A stretch of 64,000 nt of DNA. Source: Ascidiella aspersa (taxonomy: Eukaryota). The position numbers were made by a program, and so were the translations under genes. Under the pieces are notes generated by a model. It ran no database searches. It was not told where the DNA came from and was given only the letters and a program-made list of their open reading frames with translations. Shown here piece by piece: positions 26,178 through 38,600 of the stretch. Within the stretch, counting starts at the first letter, position 1. Every line of letters starts with the position of its first letter. The stretch covers positions 19,468,001 to 19,532,000 of the forward strand of contig OZ004615.1 in assembly GCA_963924565.1 (NCBI GenBank). Direction: 5' to 3'.

Positions 26178-26485
26178 CAGAGATGTCCAACATTTTATTA
26201 TAGTGGGCCGCATTGACACTTGAAATAATTTAATGGGCTGCAGAACCTATTAAGTTTCAAGATTTAGTATTGCTCTTTAGAGTTATAACGGGCCTTTGGA
26301 GTTATATATATATATTTTACCTATATTATACTATTATTGCGCCCCTAAAAGCTGACTGGTACATTTTAATTAGGCTAATATTGAACGTTTAAAATATTAC
26401 TTGGGAGTGAAAATGGCTAGCGGGCCGCTGAAAAATTTCAGACGGGCCGCAATGTGGCCCGCGGGCCGCAGGTTGGACATCCCTG
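26178..26485. mobile_element. hAT Buster/Charlie-type MITE
   Basis: TIR cagagatgtccaac/gttggacatccctg; perfect TSD gtttaaat. Confidence 0.88.
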
Positions 26486-26503
26486 GTTTAAATGGTAACG
26501 ATT

Positions 26504-26790
26504 TAGGGCTGTGGGGCCGGTTTATTCTGCTGAAGCTGGACTCGAGTAATACCATGTGATGACTACCTGAGTCCGGCTTCCACATTTGAAATAGGCTGCA
26601 AATTGTAAAGATTGATTAGCATAATATGGTGGAATATTTTCTAACCGCGTATGGTGGGTGGACGAATTATATGACACCTTTATCAGTGTATTTCTGTATA
26701 TCCAATCTAAATTACGTAAATGGGTGAAATACAGGTTGTAGAGTCGGAGCCGGACTCGTAACTCGGTTGTAGGGTACGAAGCCCCACACT
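26504..26790 (+). mobile_element. Family C MITE, degenerate
   Basis: ttacgtaaat..gtgaaatacagg.tgtagagtc.gagccggactcg shared with 52340-52390. Confidence 0.65.
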
Positions 26791-26912
26791 AAGCGAATCT
26801 TCTATCAAATCAGTAATACAGATTACTTTTAAAGGTTCAAGGTCCTTTCTATTTGTCTGCGATTTCATACATCTGCGGTACCAAGACACAACAAAGCTAA
26901 ATTCGTACTCGT

Positions 26913-26918
26913 TTTATT
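26913..26918 (-). terminator. Candidate poly(A) signal of the SPATS2-like gene (3' UTR about 2.7 kb)
   Basis: AATAAA on the - strand followed about 17 nt later by GU-rich tttgttgtgtcttgg. Confidence 0.45.
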
Positions 26919-29603
26919 GAGAGTATATTTTACGCTATAGAGCCTTAAAATCCAGCGCTACATTTGCGAGTTGCAACAAACAAGGACAACGCCACCAGTG
27001 CAGAGCATGAAAGTACTATGTAGATTTACAAGAGAATTTTCCAACTTTTGTTTCCATTAGACATTTTTTCAACCAATTATGAGCAAAAAATTCAAATACA
27101 GAATCAAAGTTTCTTTGAAAAATTAAATCTGATAACGTTAATGTGACGTACAACTTTTCAATTTGCAACGTTTTCACAGCATTTAAATTGAAGTTAGGAG
27201 CCACCGCTCTACACTATCAGCATTTAATTTACTAATATTACTTTTTTAACAATTATAGAAGGCAAAATAGAATATACAATCAACAAGGTTTAACCACAAA
27301 CACAGGAAAACTATTTAACATATTTTTCAACATTTTTAAAACGCATTTGTTCGAAGCAAGTCGCAGTGACGGCGATTACAACCAAAAGAGGTTATGGCTA
27401 TTTTTAGTTAAAGTCGAAATGAAATTATAGGACTGGAAAGGCACCAAGGCGAAAAAATAACAGCAAAAACACGCGTATAATGGTTAATTGTTGGTGAGTT
27501 GAGCGGCGAGGCGAAAAAGTCACGGTTATGAACAAAACAAAAAAAACATGCAACTTGCTTTTTTTAAGTTAAAATACCTATATAGCTGTATTTCGGCGGT
27601 AACACTACAGTTTTGCAATCAACTATCACTTTGCTTCACAAGAAGAGCACGTAAAAAAGTGAAACTCACCTTAAACGTCGCTGAAAAAACAATTACAGAA
27701 AGACCAATCAACAGAATAGAAAAAAACGAACTTTTCGTTTACCAAATACATTCGGTTGAGTGTAAATTACGCAGATAACGAGGAAAATGTAGAAAATTTG
27801 TTTCGATAAGGACAATTTAACCTCAAAACAAGAATTCGAACGCAAAGCACAAAGTTTAGGATTATTGTTAGTTTTTATTAATACATAGAAATTCAATATT
27901 CACGAACACCAATTCTATAGATAAAGGCGAACCGCTAACTACCCCTAAACGAGAATTTAGAAAGCGAACTATATGTGGCTCATAAATTTTTCTGTTTCGA
28001 ATTTAATTATATTTTTGCGCGGTTTTTTGTGGGTATTTTTCTAAAATTCGGTGAAACACGCGGGTAGAGTGATTCTTTGGCGACTAACGCTTGCTATACG
28101 AGCACTAACTAAGGGCCACCCCAAAAACTCTATATTCGTGCGAGAAAAAACGAGAACGCTGGAAAAAATGCGAGGAAAAAAGACGAAACGTAGTGAAGAT
28201 ACGAGATCGCAGTGAAGTTTTCAACGTTTTACTACGGGCCAGGCTACTAACGACAGAGCTTTGAAAAAAGGGGGGCTGGGGGGCCAAAGTACCCCTAAAT
28301 GCACCCATCCAAACACACAGACACTCGTCGGCCCATGTTAAACTACATTCAAGCTACCAATGTTCAATTGCACGGTCTGCTTTAGGTATTTACCTACACA
28401 CATACACTATGCGTAAAAAACTAACTAAGCATTTTGGGGAGAAAAATACATTTTCTATAGCACAACTGTCGATTTTTGTAGCGAATATGGGAGCGCGCTA
28501 GTTAATGTACAAGTTTTGTGAGGTCCCAGGACCTGACATCAAAAGGAATAATGACCAGAACCGGCTTGCAATTCATCGGGTGTCGTGATAAAATGATATG
28601 CTCTAACGCGGTCGCTATTTATCGAAGTGAAACCATTTCCACCTTAGGATCATAATGGCTATATAGAGGTTGTATACAGACGTAAAATGAATGTCAAAGC
28701 TTATACAGAAGAAGGTAACATTTTGTAAAAGTTTTCAATCAGTATTTGAACACAATCCGAAAAAAACTAATTCCTTTAAATTAAGTTCGAAGCGTCACAA
28801 AATGCTACCTACTTACGCATGAGCTTTGACAATCTATTTTTTACCTTTTTTGCGCACACGTAATACTGACGTCACAAAGGAATAACAATCGACGTATGAC
28901 GCGGTGGGTCAGCGAGAACCAGAAAGAATAAAAAAGTAGGTAATTGCTAATTAAGTGGCGGGATAAACAATAGAAGTAATAAAGTTTAGAATTAACCTTT
29001 GGATCAAAAAAAAATTCACCAATAGTAAAATAAATTTATCAAGGTGTTTCAAGATTGGGTTTGTGATGCTTGTAAAAGCACAACTCCACGTAAACTACCA
29101 AGAATTGCAATTCTGAATCACCACAATGGCTTTTAATTTTCGTATAAGGCAAAAAACTTAACCTAATGATTGTCGTTTGCACATAACGAGAATTGCAGCT
29201 AGTTCTTATCTTTCGGGACAGTGTAAACATTTATTTCCAGTCCAATACTGGACAACATTTTTACAGGGGCTTACAAACAGCGATCGAAAATGTTTTGATG
29301 ACTTTTCGGGGGCATTTCGAAAAACTTCCCGCAAAGATTTTGCGTACAACAGTCTTCTGGTAACTTATGCAAGAAAGTGGGGAAATAGAGGAAGGGAAAA
29401 TTTTGCGGTGTCTAAGGAAAAAGAGTTCGTAAACAGTTAACGAGCGAAAAACGAACGAACAAAAACGACATCGGTTTAAAATTGCTAGAGATGAGAAATA
29501 TTGCGAACAATTTGCTACAAAACGACGATACTTTTGGGATAATAAATGTCGCATCACTTAGCTTCACACCTATACAGAGATATATTCTTTGGTCGCGACT
29601 GTT

Positions 29604-29627
29604 TCACTCGCTTTTTGATGGATTCGT
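29604..29627 (-). CDS. SPATS2: SPATS2-like terminal coding exon (TNPSKSE*)
   Basis: Strong acceptor ttttcttttgcag, phase 0. Confidence 0.65.
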   Translation of the reverse strand, partial: TNPSKSE

Positions 29628-32600
29628 CTGCAAAAGAAAACGGACATTAACAACGCACCGATGTTCGCAAATTCACTACAAGATAAGAAATAAAAAGTGT
29701 TGAGGTATCTAAATTGTTTAAGTGTCCTATGTTTTCCTATCTATCATGTGGTATAATTCATGTGTTGGGCTCATGTGATTTTAATCTTGGTTTGTCCTTC
29801 ATTTTGTGTTTCTTCAAGCAGTAAGGAGCTATAGCCTTTTTACAGTGCTTATATGTTTATTATTATCATTATTAAATTTACTTGTTTTATATAACATTGT
29901 TATTTTATATTCATTCTAATTAAGTTGCACATGTCACTGTGGTATAAGTTAATATGATAAGTGTTAAGCAAAGATATAAAAAATGTTGCGAAACAAGAGT
30001 TCCGCTATCAGGGAAAACTTAAATCGTGCACTGCACTAGGATCGGGGTTTATCTGTTTTAACCGAGCGATTTTATCTCAGCAAATTGTGTTGTTTAAATG
30101 CCGTAAAATGCAGAATGAAAGACCGGTTAGAACCGCTGGATTAAACAATAAAAAAAGTTGAATCTAAATTCTATACCAGCTGTGTAATACGAACTCTCGT
30201 AACGACAAATTTCCATTTTATTAAAGATTTTTCTCAGATCGTTTAACGGGTATTATTAAAACCAAGTTGAATCTGAATTTAACATGGCTCTATAATACGA
30301 TATTTTGTTCTTGTTTAAAACTTCACCAAAAAGTCTCATATCATAAACGATTTTTCACAATATTACAATTCTCTTACCCTAAAAGACCAATTTTATCGCT
30401 GCAAATTATAATTTTCAAAGGTCCTAAAATGTTGAATGAAAGACAGGCTAGACCAGTGGTTCTCAACCTTTTTTCTCTCGTGGACCATTTTCGTTGCACA
30501 AAAGTTCTATGGCCCAATAATTTTGATGAAAGAACAAACTATAAAAAATGTTTACAACAAAAAATAACCGAGCATATGTCCAAACGGATTATTTATTCAA
30601 CCGTGTATTAGTGAGGTACTTGCTTCTGAACAATAAATTTACGTTTCATTTACACCGAGATTAAACTAAATTCTTTAATAAATCTAGCTTTTTTAAATTG
30701 GTCTGTGGCCCATCTAAAATGTTCTTATGGCCCACCAGTGAGCCATGGCCCACTGCTTGGGAACCGCTGGGCTAGACTAAACTGGTATTTTATGAATTAT
30801 AAATGTTAAATCTGAGTTCTAACTCGGCTGTATAATATAATCTTTTGTTTAAAATTTCAGCAAAAGTCGCATATCATTACATATTTTTCACAGAATTACA
30901 ATTCTCTTACCCTAGCTTTGGCGTTGGTAGTGTCACCCGACGACTTTGAGTCTTTGTATGCCGCTTGTGAAGGTTGCTTGTTGTCGAACTTGTGCTGGGG
31001 CTGCTTGCTGTAACCCCCAGCACCCCTTGGGCGACCCTCAAAGTTCCTCGCGCCCCTACCCCTGTTCCCGTAATCGTTCGATCGGTCGTTGAATGGCTTC
31101 TGGGGGTTATTGAAATCCCCCTCGCCACCCTTGGGGCCCCTATATCCGCCCCTGTTCATCCCGCCCCGGTAACCCCCTCTGAAACCCCGGTTACCCCCTC
31201 GGGGACGGTCCCTCGGGGTGTTTCCCCGGAACTCGCGGGTTTTGGCCTGGGCCCCGGAGTCGTTGCTGTTGTTGTTGTTGTAATGCTGATGCGGCCTAGG
31301 CTGGGTGAGGTCGTTCTTGTTTTGGGGGATTTTCTGGGGCGGCGGCATCATGTCCTTGTCCTGCAGGGTACACGGATGGGGTAAGTGGGTGAAACGAGAG
31401 AGCAAAGTGGATGGTTAAATTGCATTTCGTGTTTTTACCTGAAAGCGATCCGGAATTTCGGAGGAAAATCTTTAACGGAAATTGTAGCATGCAAACTATG
31501 TACTTTGATCAGGTAAAAGAAGATCATTGTGTTAATCAACGTTAACAGGCTTTCAGAAAAGCAAAATAAGACTGCATCAATTAAAACTTTTGAAAAAACA
31601 TGCAGAGGCAACTTCTCCGATAAACTTTTTTTTTTTTTTGAAAGCTTAGTGAAACTTGTATTGCTCGCATTTCTCTGAACACTAAAATACTGTTTTTACA
31701 TGCTTGTTAAAAAAGATGAGATTAAAATCCATGAGCTGTGCTGTTAGTAATAACGGGTTAGGCAGCATCTGAAATACATTTAACAAATATATTTCACACA
31801 AACAACTAGTATCAAGTAGTTAGTAAATTAGCAAAGGGTGTGTTTGAAACACTTTGAACATTATTTTTACTTGTTGTGATAAAATAAGCTTTATAATACG
31901 AAAACGTTAGTCAATCACGTAACAGATTATACATTTTAAAATTCCTTTTTAGATTAGGAGACGAAAGAGGTAAAAAAAGGTTTAACTTAACGAATATGAA
32001 CAAAGTATTCCAGTATTCCAACAAATATTTATCATAAGGAACACAAGTCTGACAGAGTCGGAACCGCAAAGCTGAGTATCAATTTAACTAAAGACAGAAA
32101 GGCTATACTGCGCCCTATTCCTAATAAATGTCAGAACTTGTGCAACAGAGGCCCACAGTTACACGTCAATATCTGCGGAATCTATCATCTCCCACTTTAC
32201 TCTGACGCAGTCTCGTGTATTAACAACGGCTTTTCGTCGCGACCGCCAATATATTGCGCAAGGAAGCGAAAAGGCACGTTTCTACGCGAAGCGAAAACCG
32301 CAGAAAGGGATTTGACGTTAAAGTAATATTTCGAGGTATAGGTTCAAGGTGAGGTAGAAGAGCGAATTGATTTAGTTTGATAGATATCGGTTAGTTGATT
32401 CTCCGTGATATTTTGAAGATATGGTACATTAGGCTCAGTACAACAGGGTGCCTGAACTTTAAAAAGAAGTGGCTCTAAAACGTTTTCTCAATCGACACAA
32501 AACGTAGAAACTAGCAATATTAAAATAATATAAGTGTTGAGCAATATGATTTAACAGAAGGTATTACAGTATATAGTTTGACCCATATGGCACATTGGAC

Positions 32601-35600
32601 AACAAAACATGGGGATTCCCTAAGTTTTAAAGTGGCTTAAAAATTTCATCCTTATTCAATCCCCAAAACACACGAAAACTAGACGTATGTAAGTGTCTGT
32701 GTGTGCGCAACTGCGCATGTTTTAACAGCCACATTTCATTTCAACATAACAATGAAAACCTGTAAGTAACTGAGCTGCTTTAATACTGTGTACACCAACA
32801 GAATGATCGTTGTACTATTTGTCTTATGGATCCAAACATTTTTTTACACAACCATTAAGGCGTAACACTTCCAGCTCACAAACAGCCGGCAAAAAAACGC
32901 TTCACGCAAGGCTAATTGGCGGTAGCATGCATGATCAATAGGCAAACATTGGAATGCAACCAACCTTATCGGAGCTCGTTGAATACTTGTTGTTCCTGCC
33001 TCTCCTTTGAGATCTGAGCGCGAAACATTTTCAGAGATTAGAAATTTGAACTTGTTAGAAACTGTAGGACACATTTATTTCTATTGCCGAAAAGAAAAAA
33101 AAAAAAACTACATTTTATTTTTATTTAGGGCCTACCTGAAATTACCATACATTTTTATACTTCGGAGAACACACAAATATATTTTTAGTTTTTTTAGGTT
33201 TGATACAGTCTGAAACTATCAGCCACATCAATTCCTGAGGTTAAACCGTTTAAGAACTATATATATGTGGATGTGATGTACGTACAAAGTATCTGTAACT
33301 AAATAGCGTTAAGCCGTATTCGGTTTTGTCGGAAACTCCCAAGCGCCTATTTTCATACTTTGCAGAACACGTACAGAGGTAAATTGTAAAAACGGCTTTC
33401 ATAGTAAAGCTGTGTGCGTTTGGCTCATACCTAATGTAGCGTTCAAGCCACGTTAGAGATTTAGCGCGCGATTACCAAAGACTTGGATTTGGGGGTTTTC
33501 ATTTTAGATCGTGCCATTCCAATTATTTGAAAGAAAACAATATTTTCAGTTTTGATCGCGCAACGACATAAAACTTTCCACATTGTGGAAGTTATTTTGT
33601 CGCCTTTGACTAAAATTCCTTAAGGGATCAACGTCGTACGGGCACCCTAGTTTTCAATATACAGTAACAGTTGTCCGTAACAGAAAAAAATATTTTGAGT
33701 AAAACGACTGATATTTCCCGACAAAAGAAAGTGGCTTTGTGCCAAGGGTCGTGAATATCTTGAAGGGCTGTATGCCGTTTGCAGTAGCCGCGAATCATCA
33801 ACTTTTGTGGCTAAGTGATTAAAGTTGAAATAAACTTTACAAAGACCACTTTGATAATTGGCCGAAAAACTATAATCTAACAGAAGTCATCAGAATTGCT
33901 ACTTTTATTATCCCTTTCTGTTTTAAATATTAAAAACATCGATTTTTTTTATTTTTTTTCCCTGTTTTAAAATTTTATTCCCGGTGGTGACAGACTTGAT
34001 CACACCATAGTATGTCTAGTATAGGTTATCGGATATTTCGTAGTTTAAAACCGATCCCTGAAATTCAAAAAAGTATGCCGCAAAACATGGTTAAAATACC
34101 TTAATTCTTGATATCGGATTGACACCGACGTCACTCTGAGAATTAAACAAGCAGTTGTACTGTATCGCTTCTGATCTGATAAGTTTGGACAGTACATACT
34201 AACAACAACAACAATGTGAAGCAGCATACTCACCGTTGCGGTTTAGCAAAAGCCAGGTCGCTGTTTTCCTTTGAGGTTCCGTCCGGGGTCATCATTGGGG
34301 TGCTGCTCGCCCAGGAAGCGGGACTTTCCTGTAGACAAATAACCACAGTGAGGACAATTCTCAGCAAGCGAATGCGCTTACAGTGGGCAACAGTCTACGA
34401 TCGGCTATACGTATCATGTCGGTGTCAGCTCATTAAAAAAAATTTGCCTTGCTTGATTTAAATGATTAGGTTATAATTGCCTGACTTCGGGTTGTAAAAC
34501 AACTTGAATAAAATTTTTGACTTGAAATTTGTATTTTTGATTTTGTTCTGGTGATTTTTACAATTATCCAGTGCTCAAACCCTGTTTGCTGCAGCTATGA
34601 ACAGTTTTGAGTTTCGTTATGCGAAGTGAATTAATAAATAAAAAAACAAAAATACGCGAAACATGATGTTAAATACAATAAAGGGAACTTTGATTGCCCC
34701 GAGATTTTTCTGGCGAAACTTTTAAAAGTTTTCGGAAACAGGTAAGACTTGGATACAAGACGACTTTAATTGGACTTGTAGTTTAACAAAAATTAATTTG
34801 GCCTGGTGTAAATTTATTGAAAAGAGAGGATTTGACACTTCTGCATAGCGTTTAAAGTAAAGGGACTAAACTGTAAACAGTTGTTACTCTTTAGGGGTAG
34901 GCGTATTTCGAATTCCGTTTCAGAAAATCAAGTAGTACTATTAGCGACAAATTGGATTACATTAAAATCTTTACAATATTTCGCACAACCCTGCTTCTTC
35001 AGGTCAAATTTTAAAGCTTTGTACTGATAAGGCACGGTGGTGCGAAAGCTTGTTTTTAATTTTACAAAGTTGGGGGTGGTATAAATACTTGAAAAAGCCA
35101 GCCCATCACTTACGGGAAGCGGCAGGTCTGAAGACTCTTCCGCCCAATTCTCGACATGGCCGTTTGTTGTCAACGCCAGGTCTTTACCTGCGAAAGGCAA
35201 CATGGTTAGTTTAGTTAATAGGTAATGGAATAAGATTATGGAAAAGTGGTAGTAAATGTATAGCAGCACACCAAACAGCATTGCCAGTTGTTATTGGCCG
35301 CATTGCTAATTGGCTGTAGTTTCTTCAATCGTGCGCGTGTATAGTTAAAAATCACTTATACGTATATTTTGTATGACCCTGATGCAAGTAACATCTCTTC
35401 CAAAATGTCTTCAAATAAACTTTAAAAGTATATTAAAATAAAACGATTAAGCCTTCCCTAAAATATTTTCATCAAGCAGGGCACGGGCTAAAAAATTCTC
35501 GCCTCGGTTATATGCGAAACAAACGACAACAGTAATTCTTGCGCAAAGCACTAAGCGTTAGTGGACGGGAAAATGTTATCGCCATAAGCCAATTCCAGAA

Positions 35601-38600
35601 GCAAACGAAGTCAAACAAGAGTCATGTTGACAGAAATTGAACAGGGCAAATGCGTTTAGGCGCCGAGTGGCACAGACATTGCATTTTAATGCTGGGTTAA
35701 CAACAGGATCCGTTTAACAAAAACACGACGCTCCGCCTTACATTTGTTTAATGTGCAACTATTGCGGGCAACCTGTTGGTTTGATTTGAGCTTTGCCGGC
35801 GCCGCGGCGGTTCCCCATTGTTTGCACGCATTATGACGCGCACAATGCCGGGGCCAAAGGTCACCGCCACGTCACGAACGGGGGAATGCCCATCGGCGTG
35901 ACGCTTGTACCGGCGAAGTCGAAATAGGTTTAGCGTTGTTCCGCCCACGCGTTATATGGGAGGTTTGTAACCGCTGTGGTTTGACGTTACGGCTGTTTTT
36001 AGTACTGAGAAGCCCGGCTCAAAACGCGGCATATAATTACAGGACTGATAGCTGAATATAACGTTACAAAGTTCTTCCAAGCCACTTGAAAACACAAAAA
36101 TTAATCAATAATTGTGTTGTTGTATTTTTGTCTGAAACCACCGGCAAAACATTTCCCCACAACTGTACACCATCTAGGAAAAATTGCCCTTTGTCAAACA
36201 GTTTTTTTGCAAAAAAATATTTAGTTGATATAAGTTTAAAGGTGTTATCTTTTACTGATTTCGGTAAGCCTCTTCGAAGGCATCCGCTGTTGTGTTTGGT
36301 AAATGCTTTGACAGTTTGAATTATGAGTGAAATAATCGATAGTTGTTAACGGCAAGCCAAATTTGAATACAAAAACTTTAGTTGACTCCTTTAACCCTAT
36401 GCGGGTCGCAGGTTTCTCATACCAGAATAAAATTTTCTGGCGGGTTCACATGAAAAATCAGCACGGGGGTGTCGCAGCACACTATAATCAATTACAGTTA
36501 CACGTAATACAAAGTTGAAACTGTCAATGATTCGGTTAAAAACATACAACCAATAAACTAAACGGTAAAATAGGCAATATTTGTGGTTGGTAGTTATATT
36601 AGTGTCCAGGAGGGCATATACACTACAGGGTTGTCACACAATTTTATGAAAAAATGTTGACGACATTTAAATATGGAACTTCTCAGACACGTTACTTAAG
36701 ATGGTATTAAGGAATTTTTCAATACGTAAATCAATTTAAGTGCAGTTAGGGATTCAAAGACTCGGGTGATATTGCACGACCTTGCCAGTTATTATATTCA
36801 TATAATAATATGCGGTTACTTACTAATATCGCTTTCCTTGTTAGCTTTTCCATTTGAAACAGCATTTGATTTGCCTTCCTTAGCAGAATGCGACTGGCCG
36901 CTTGAAGAGGTGGCAGGTTTAAGGGGATTGACAATGGGCAGCTGGCGAGGTGGCGCTTTGACACTGGCAGATGCCGCTGAGGAAGCTTTTGCATTGGCAC
37001 GTGGGGCGGACGGCGGCGCCACTGGCTGTGGCACCTTGGCAGTGGCAGGTGCCATTGGAGGGTTGGACGAGGTTGACATCTCTGACTCGGTGCGTTGTCT
37101 CGGGTGTGCCGAGTAGGAGTTCTTTATTGCAGTAACTGTTAAAGTTAATTAATAATTCACACAGTTATACTTTGTAGGCCAAATACTTTTTCAACCAGGA
37201 TTGGCTTGGTTTTTTATCTGCACCTGGAATACTCCGGCTGAATGATAGAATACAATACAGCTGATGTTGGAATTGTCTTTAAGGCAGGTTTTTCAAAGAG
37301 GGGAAATACAAAACCAAAAACGAGTGAGGGGCGCAAGAATAAAAATTATCAACTGCCATTTAGTTTGCAGACTTTTTGTTACATTACCACAAAACAGGTA
37401 AGCTGGTTTGAACCAGAAACACGATGTCCAGATGAAAATATAACAAGTAAATACAATGTGAAAACAAACTATCTATAGCACCAATGCACCAAGGTTGTGT
37501 GCTGTATACGTTCTGACATGGTTAAGGCAGTGCTTCCCAACCAGTGGGACGCGAAGGTATGAGGTGGGGCGCGAAGCATTTCTAAATGTTACAGTTTCCT
37601 ATTATATCGGGAAATTATTGCATTATCATTACACAAGATTTATGGAACGATATCACAAATACGTAACAATTAGATGTGTTGTGTCGCAATAACTATTTCA
37701 GTACGTACGCCAGTAGTAAAGATGCAGGTTTTATGTAACTGTTAATCTTATTTCCTCGATAATTTGTTCTTTATTCGTTTGGTCATATCTTATTGTCGCA
37801 CAATAACACTTGCATTAAAAGTGAGTCGCGAACTGAAAAAGGTTGGGAAACACTAGTTTAAGGCACAATAGTAAAAGTCAGTCAGCTTTTACTAATGTCA
37901 TGTGATGGTTTTATTGTGTTTAACCATGCAAAAAGACACAACTTCAAGAATCTCCTTATAAGCCCCTTCAAGAAGGAAAAGGCGATTGCCTAATAGATCA
38001 ATTAAAAACCAGAAGCAATCAACGTGTATTACGATCAAACAAGGAAACAATAAGGAGTGGTGCACCTCAATGGAATCCTTTACAAAAACTACAACCTTGG
38101 ATTGAATTTAAAGACTTGCGTTTTTGAGTTTCAAAAAGGGGTGTAAGTTGTCAATTATGTCAACAAAATATTGTAACTTTACGATTCATTTCGGTGGGTG
38201 TCACTTAACTGCCAAAAGTACCATCTTAGCCAGGGGCGGGCAACCTTTTCCTAGTCGCGGGCCAAACCCAAACCCAGAAAGGTCTCAGCGGGCCGATAAA
38301 TTATAACTGTGTAGATCTTAATATAGGAACTGCAACGACTGTTAATAACGGATAAAAATTTGAGTACTTTGCAATTTGGAAAGGCTCTAACTACATGTTA
38401 CACAAAGCGCAAAAAAAATCCTTTTACAATGTTCAAATAACCAAATAATAAAAAGAATGGCCTCAAGCCTAGTTTGGGAAGTAGGTCGCGGGCCGGATGA
38501 TTTTCGTTTGGCGGGACCGAGGCCGTAGGTTGCCCGTACCCCTAATCTAAACACTCAAGTTACCACTTACTTTCTCCGATGGTTGGAATGACATTGGTGA

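Noticed and set aside
30974-31384. 136-aa + strand ORF and other long antisense ORFs (36766-37116, 41686-42033, 59975-60352)
   Set aside because: Antisense shadows of GC-rich true exons.
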